DNA of 64,000 nucleotides. Origin: the human T2T-CHM13v2.0 reference genome, Homo sapiens. A model generated the notes under the pieces. That model worked only from the letters and a program-made list of their open reading frames with translations, was not told the DNA's origin and did not search any database. The DNA lies in the NCBI RefSeq assembly GCF_009914755.1, contig NC_060929.1; one strand, given 5' to 3'. A program made the translations under genes and the position numbers. Below, one piece after another: positions 56,201 through 64,000 of the stretch (positions within the stretch are counted from its first letter, which is position 1; each line of letters starts with the position of its first letter).

Positions 56201-56489
56201 TTAACCAAATATACTGTCTGATATCATTGCAGTCACCTAGCAAATTTCTGGGGCCCTACAAGTAAAGGAAGCATGTGAGGACATTCAGCAGTTGCAAGCT
56301 TCCTGACAAAGTTGAAATCATCTTTCACTTGGTACCCATGTCCTCCTCTTCTCAAGCTGCCCATCACAAAGAACGACCAAGCTGGCTGTCAGCTCAGTTG
56401 CCTGAACAGTATCCAAACCATCAGAACCACCTCCACCCTCCCTTCGTCTTCCCACCATCTCACGAGAAACCAAATCTCCGTCTGTCAAT

Positions 56490-56856
56490 TGCACTGTTTT
56501 CTCAGGGTTTTACAGGGAATCAGACCAATAGGATCTATTATAAGGAATTGGCTCACATGATTATGGAGGTTGACAAGTCCAAAGTTTGCAGAATTGATGT
56601 CTCAGTTTGAATCCTAAATCTGGTAGACAGGAAGATTTCTCTCCTACTTGGGAAAGGATCAAACTTTTATTCTATTCAGACCTTAGACTAATTGGATAAG
56701 GGCCACTCATATTATAGAGGATGATCCTCCTGACTCTATTAATTTAAGTGCTAATCTTATCCAAAAACACCCTTACAGAAACACGCAGGACAAAGTTTGA
56801 ACGAATATCTGGGGAGCCATGGCTCAGTCAAGTTGAACGTAAAATTAACCATTGCA
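56490..56856 (-). mobile_element. MLT2B/D-like ERVL LTR within an L2 remnant
   Basis: ttataaggaattggctcacatgattatggagg...gctcagtcaagttgaacgtaaaattaaccattgca. Confidence 0.85.
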
Positions 56857-57539
56857 CACACCTTCTTCACGTCTCTCCAATTCATCCATCTCTCAATTTA
56901 GTTCTGGCAAAGTTGTCCCTTACTTGCCTGCATTGTTACAACAACCTCTTAGCTCACCTGAAGTCTTTATTCTTATTCATACCAACTTTCCCTAGACCAC
57001 CCTACACCATTCTTTGAAATTCTTCAATATAGCCTACCTATCAAGTTCGGATTTCTTAACATACTCTACAAATGCTCTAAGAATGGACTGACCATGCCTC
57101 TTCTTCCTCCCCTCATTCACCCAGCCTAATCCTTCTACTGAACTCATGCTCATCACCTTCTCTGCATCCTCCGGTGTTCTCTCTTATCCATGCTTTTGAG
57201 TAAGGGTATTGTTCTATTTGACATACACTTCCCTTTCTTTATTCCCTGGCCAATATCTATTCATCCTCCAGGATTGAGCCAAGGATTATTCCTTTCTGAT
57301 GAGCTTTTCTTGACCTCCTCGCAACCAGTCAGCTCTCGGTGTCCCATTTATGGACTCGATAGACTCTCTTGTGCCTTTCTGCAACTGCATACTTAGCTTT
57401 TGGCCAAGCTCAGTCTCTGTGCTACATTAGACTCTGCATGGCTCAAGGTAGGAATTACATGGCCCAGGACTCCTGCTGGTCTCTGCCACAGCCCTTGGGC
57501 ACGTGGGACACACATTGCACCTGAAATTAAAAATTAGAC

Positions 57540-58190
57540 AAAATGATGACAGAAAGTACTCAGGATCTGAAATCAGAATGTGTGGGTCTAAGGCCCAGTG
57601 CTGCTGGCAGACTGGTGAGGTGATCTTGCTCAAACAATTTCATGTTCCTGAGCCTCTGTTTCTCCTGCTGGGTGGAGATGAGCTTCACTCTCTGAAGACC
57701 CTTATGTGTGGATGGAAGGGTTTAGTGGGTCAGGAACCCTATCTGAACAACAAAAGCCAAGGAAATGCCTTGTAACAGCCACTTTTCTGCCTCGCCGATG
57801 AGGCGCAGCAGGCATGGTGGTCAAGGGCATGGGTTCTGGAGTCACCCTTCTGGGGCTCAGATGCTGGCTTGACCACTACCTGTGTGGACCCCAGGCAGGC
57901 CAATTCCTCTATGCCTCAGGTCTCGGGTCTATGACATGGTTGTGAGTGCTAATAACCACAAGGCTCACTGCAGACGCTTGCTGTGAAGTGCGGTAACACG
58001 GGAGGGTACTCAGAACAGTGCCTGGCACGGAGTAAGCCATGGTGATATTGCCTGTTGTTGTTGCTGTTACTATTACCACCTGGGTATTAAGAGCACAAAC
58101 TGTGGTTCCTGGCGCTGCCATTTCCTTTCTTGTGACATGGGTGGAGTTAACCTCCCTGGGCTTCCTCATCTGTAAAGGGTGTAATGACAT
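57540..58190 (+). mobile_element. Cluster of three MIR remnants
   Basis: cctgagcctctgtttctcctg; gggttctggagtca...cagaacagtgcctggcacggagtaagc; gttaacctccctgggcttcctcatctgtaaaggg. Confidence 0.65.
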
Positions 58191-60982
58191 TGTAGTCTGA
58201 GGTCACACGCCTGGAGATGCCCTACTTTCCCACCCAGGCCCTCTGAGCTGAGTGGTGGCCAGGCAGTGGCTCACTAGGGCTATTGCTCTTTCAAAGCCCC
58301 CAGAACATGAGTAGCCTCTCCTTCAAGTCCAGGGCTCCTGACCTGAGAGACCTGCGCAGCAGGGTGGGGCACGGTAGGTGCTGATGATTTGCAGGGCTCA
58401 AAACTCAGGCCAGGCATGGAGCAGCCTCAGCAGAATAAGCCCGAGGTTGCAGTACCCAGGGCTCTCCCAGCACACAGAAGCTTCGTGTTTCCTTGTTCTG
58501 CCATCACTCATTATCTTGGGTGCAAAGGGCTCTAGAGTGCCTCCTTGACCTTGTCTGGGCAGAGTCAATGACACCACGCACGGCCTGCCCACCATCACCG
58601 CTTCCCTCCATGCTGTGTGTGTGATATCTCATTACAGCCACTCTGCCCCAAGTCCCGCTGATGGGACTTTTGGGAGTGGAAAATGCAGAGGTCAGCTTTA
58701 TCTCAGACCTTTATTTCCATTTAATTACACTCCTGCTATCTTCGTGTCCACACTCAGTCTTGTTCGTAAATGAGTCTTTTCTCCCCGTTTTTGTCTCTCA
58801 TCTCAAGATCTAGCTGACTTAAGCAGTTTAGTCCTAGTTTATTAACTTCTTTCATTTCTACTCATTAACTGAATATTGTTTCTCTCTTTCTTCATTATAG
58901 ATTGCTCCACCCCCTATCATTAATGCTTCCCACCTCACAATGGGTCACACACGTAGGGAGGGATCGATAAGCCATGATTAGTATTATTATTCACACAGAA
59001 AGCAATTATGGCAGACCAGAAAGTTCTAGAAAGAGCTAGAGTGGTTCCCAGCAAACAACAGTTCGTGAAAAGGTATCTGGCACCCTATTGGGCTCAACAC
59101 CAAGTAGCAGGAAGATAATACATGGTGTTCAGAGCTCTTGGGCTCAGGGTTTCAGTTCCATGGACTGCTGATTACATAGATGACTTTGGGAAAGTTACAT
59201 GGACTCTGTTAGGCTCCGTCTCTCCGTCTGTAAAATGAGAACGATAAACCCAATACTGAATGTGGCACAAGGATGCATTCAGTACCCAGGCCATTGCCAA
59301 GCCAGAGGAGGGCTCCATGAAAACCCCTGGTGCCCCAGCTGTGACTGGCGGCCTCTACTGCTGAATTTGGCCAGAGGTCCTAATAGTCACCTCCCTTGGC
59401 ATCACCTGGTTCGGCAGAGATTAAGAGCTTTATTTCTGTTGGACAATGAACTCTGGGAAACAGAAGTGCTTCACTGTGGCTTCTTTGTCAGCCCTAGAGT
59501 ATGGCTCACGTTGTTGGCTGCTGGAGAGAAAAAGGGCCAAATGAAAGGAGCAGTTCACATCACATTCCTTCTCTCAGACAGGGCTCCAGAGTGCCTGGCA
59601 GCCTCTAATCTCTAGGGGCAGAGCTTTCCTGGGGCATCACGAAGAAGCCACCGCAGTGAGGATAAGGACTTGGCCGCTGCAGGCAAGAGTTGTCAGGCAC
59701 CAGCTCTGCTGTGGCCAGTGGTAAATGCAGACCTCGACTTTTCAGATGCTTGTTTATGTGCTGTTCATTTGTTTACCAAAGCAATAATAAAAGGCATATT
59801 TTGAATAATAGGATGATAGGGGGTGCTGACTCAAGATTCTTTTAAAAGCCTCTCCTGCAGGAGTAATCAAGTTCTGCTACAAAGTTCTATGGACAATACT
59901 TACAGGTTCCAGTTTTATTTAGAATGACAGCTGTGACTCTTAAAAATACTATAACATATAAATTTACTCCGTTTGGTAGCAATTTAGAAATTGGCATATT
60001 GTATTGTAAGCATATTAAACTGGAGAGTCACAGCTGGTCAACTCTAACTCTATACTGTTCACTTTTAAGAAATGTTATCCACTTACTTATGCATTTGCCT
60101 GTTTATTTTGTGTATGCTGCCGAGCTTGTGATAGATATCAGGCTCTGTACCAAACCTGAAAATACAACCGTGAATAAGGAATGGATGCTGCCCTCAGGTA
60201 TCTAAATGCCTAGGGCGAGAGTGATGCAAATAAACACAGATACATTCCTGGCATGCAATAGAAGGTCACATGGTAGTTGTGGTATACGGAGGAGGAACTG
60301 TTCTCAATGCTGAGAATGTTCTCTATTTGCTACTGACAGACAAGGGGGAGCAAGAGAATTAGGCCCATTCCACATGGTAAGCAATATTTACCGAAAATTA
60401 TACATGTTTTTATGTATACTATAGGTGAATTACATTTTTAATGTCAAATGCTGCTGTTTAGGTTTTGGATTTTGAGTTTTTAATTTTTAAAATTAGTTTT
60501 AAAACCACAATAAAATATGATGTAAAAAACATCACAGACATCAAACAGATAAAATGGGGAAGTCCCCTCTGTATTCCTCTAATATTCCTGTTGGCCATTT
60601 TCCAAGGTAACGACTTCTTAAAAGTCTGGTGTGTTTGCTCATATATAGATGTTTTAAGTAAATATGTGTACATGTACGCACGCACACACAAACATGCATC
60701 CTTTATAAACGGTATCACACCATGCAGTTGGTTTAAGCTGATCTTGAAAGCAGGCTGTGTATTCTCCATATGTATACATCCAGACATTCCATTCTCTTAT
60801 CTAACTGGCCACTACTTTAGGAAATTGGGAGGCTCTTATAATGTGAGTCTTTTTTTTTTTTTAGATTGAATTCACATAACACAAAATTAGCCATTTTAAA
60901 GTGAACAATTCAGCGGTATTTAGTACCTTCACAATATTGCATCACCCACCCCTCTGCCTAGTTTCAACACATTTTCATCCCC

Positions 60983-61897
<915 letters not shown>

Positions 61898-62080
61898 CTC
61901 TCCCGATAGAAAGTCTCACATCCATTAAATAGTTACTTCCCATTCCCCGTAGCTATAGCCACCACCAATCTGTTTTCGTTCTCTAAGGATTAGCCTCCTC
62001 TGGATATTTCTTTCATACAAATGGAATCATAATATACGTGACCTTTTGTGTCTGGCTTCTTTCACTCAGCATAATGTTTA

Positions 62081-62409
62081 CAGGGGTCCACAACCCCTGG
62101 GCCGCCAATGGTACCGGTCTGAGGCCGTTTAGAAACCCGGCCGCACAGCAGGATGTGGGCAGTGGTGAGCCAGCATTAGAGCCTGAGCTCCGCCCTCCCA
62201 TCAGCTCAGCCGCAGCCTTAGGTTCTCCTGGGAGCGCGAACTGTGCATGTGAGGGATCTGGGTTGTGTGTTCCTTATGAGAATCTAACTAATGCCTGATG
62301 ATCTGAGGTAGAACAGTTTTATCCCTACAGCACACCTCGCACCCCAGCCCACGGAAACATTGTCTTCCACGAAACCAGTCCCGGGTGCCAAAAAAGCTGG
62401 AGAGTGCTG
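62081..62409 (+). mobile_element. MER1B (hAT-Charlie)
   Basis: caggggtccacaacccctgggcc...ccttatgagaatctaactaatgcctgatgatctgagg...gtcttccacgaaaccagtccc...gctg; TSD-like atgttt on both sides. Confidence 0.92.
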
Positions 62410-62484
62410 ATGTTTTCGAGGTCATTACCGTTGCATGTATCAGTACTTCATTTGCCTTATGACGGGATACTGGTCTGTTGTACG

Positions 62485-62901
62485 TGTATTTTGCGTGTTT
62501 TCTGGAGCTGCCAGAAACTGGTGTCTTAGACAACAGAAATCTATTGACTCATGGTTCTGGAGGCCAGAAGCCCCATATCAAGGTGCCAGCAGGGTGGGTT
62601 TCTTCTGAGGATTCCATCCCAAGCCTCCCTCCAGCTTCGGGGTCTGCTGGAAGCGGCCTGTGGCAGCACAAGGTGGGTCTCCACACGACGCTCTCCCTGT
62701 GTGTGCGTCTGTCTCCAGGTTTCTCTTGTTGTAAGAGCGCCAGTCATATTGCATTAGAAACTCATGCTCCTCTGGCATGATCTCATTTAATTAATGACAT
62801 CTGCAAATACCCTATTTCCACATAAGGTCACATGCCAAGGTACTGGGGAGTAGGACTTTAACATAGGAGTGTCTTCGAGGGAGGCAAAATGTATTATGAC
62901 A
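62485..62901 (-). mobile_element. MLT1B/C-like LTR
   Basis: acaacagaaatctatt...gttctggaggccagaag...catctgcaaataccctatttccacataaggtcaca. Confidence 0.85.
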
Positions 62902-63141
62902 TAAAGGATATACCACTTTGTGTTGATCCATTCATCAGCTGATGCACATTTAGGTTATCTTCACCTTTGAGCTACGGTGCATCATGTTGCTATGAACATT
63001 TGGGTAGCAGTATTTGTTTGAGTACTTGTTTTCACTTCTTTAGGGGTATATGCCTAGGGGTGGGATTACTGGATCACTTGCCAACTCTATATGCACTGTT
63101 TTACCATCCTACCAGAAATGTCTGAGGGTTCCGATTTCTCC

Positions 63142-63455
63142 TTCTTTTTTTTTTTTTTCTTTTATTCTTCTTTTGAGACAGAGTCTTGCTCTGTCACCCA
63201 GGCTGGAGTGCAATGCTGCAATCTCAGCTCACTGAAACCTCCGCCTCCCAGGTTCAAGCGATTCTCCTGCCTCAGCCTCCCAAGTAGCTGGGATTATAGG
63301 TGCCTGCTACTGCATCCGGCTAATTTTTGTATTTTTAGTAGAGATGCGGTTTGCCATGTTGGCCAGGCTGGTCTCAAATTCCTGACCTCAGGGTATCCAC
63401 CTGCCTTGGCCTTCCAAAGTGCTAGGATTACAGGCGTGAGCCACCATGCCTGGCC
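63142..63455 (-). mobile_element. AluSx/Sz-like
   Basis: Full dimer ending ccatgcctggcc; TSD (g/a)atttctcc at 63133 and 63456. Confidence 0.93.
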
Positions 63456-64000
63456 AATTTCTCCCCATCTTTGCTAACACATATTATCTTTCATTGTTTT
63501 AAAAATATTCTAGTGAGTGTGAAGGGGTATCTCATGATGATGTTGGTATCATCGTGGATTTTAACCAGCAGATTCCTGGAGAGCATTCAGGTTGTCTCCA
63601 GACTTTGGCTGTTAGCACATTAGTGTAATGAAATCTTGGTACATTTGATATTGGGGATGATTTGTGAGCATTGTTTTAGGATAGAATCCTAGATGTGGAA
63701 TTGCTGAAGGATGTGTATTTGTATCTGAAAATTTGATAAATATTCCCAAATTGACAAACAATTTTAATAATTTATATTTCATAAAGTATTTAACAATGCA
63801 TTTTCAGTCTTTTGACAGTTCTGTCTTTCAATTCATTAAAATTCTTGCCAATAATAGTATAATATTTGTAAATTCCCTTTCTCCCTGCCCTTGCCTCTGC
63901 CTCTCTCTTTCTCTCTGCAAATGTGGCACAGTTCAAGCACAAGGTATCTGGAAGTTCATCATATATTCTTAATATATTAATACTTCCATTTATAAAATAT

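Overview
Primate (human-like) genomic DNA, judged from AluJ/S/Y, L1M, MaLR, ERV1/ERVL LTR, MIR, L2 and MER content. It looks intergenic or deep-intronic. I found no recognisable protein-coding exon, tRNA/rRNA/snRNA gene, CpG island or prokaryotic system, and the ORF track is repeat-derived or chance. Much of the window is interspersed repeat, often nested and with readable target-site duplications (TSDs). Subfamily names come from recalled consensus sequences, not from a search. The main signal that repeat content does not explain is local inverted duplication at several scales: a 181-bp inverted copy (931-1111 / 1941-2121, 151/181 identical, ungapped), a ~445-bp inverted copy (25235-25677 / 26925-27369, about 91%) nested inside an inverted AluSp pair, a perfect 23-bp-stem hairpin (53163-53225), twin 12/13-bp hairpins (13567-13688), and small palindromes inside repeats. 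Also notable are a 72/71-bp VNTR with a 143-bp higher-order unit, six CACGTG E-boxes and splice-like signals; a twin-primed L1; a trimeric AluY; and an ancient two-LTR ERVL remnant. I cannot show that any of this is a new biological system; these are testable leads.
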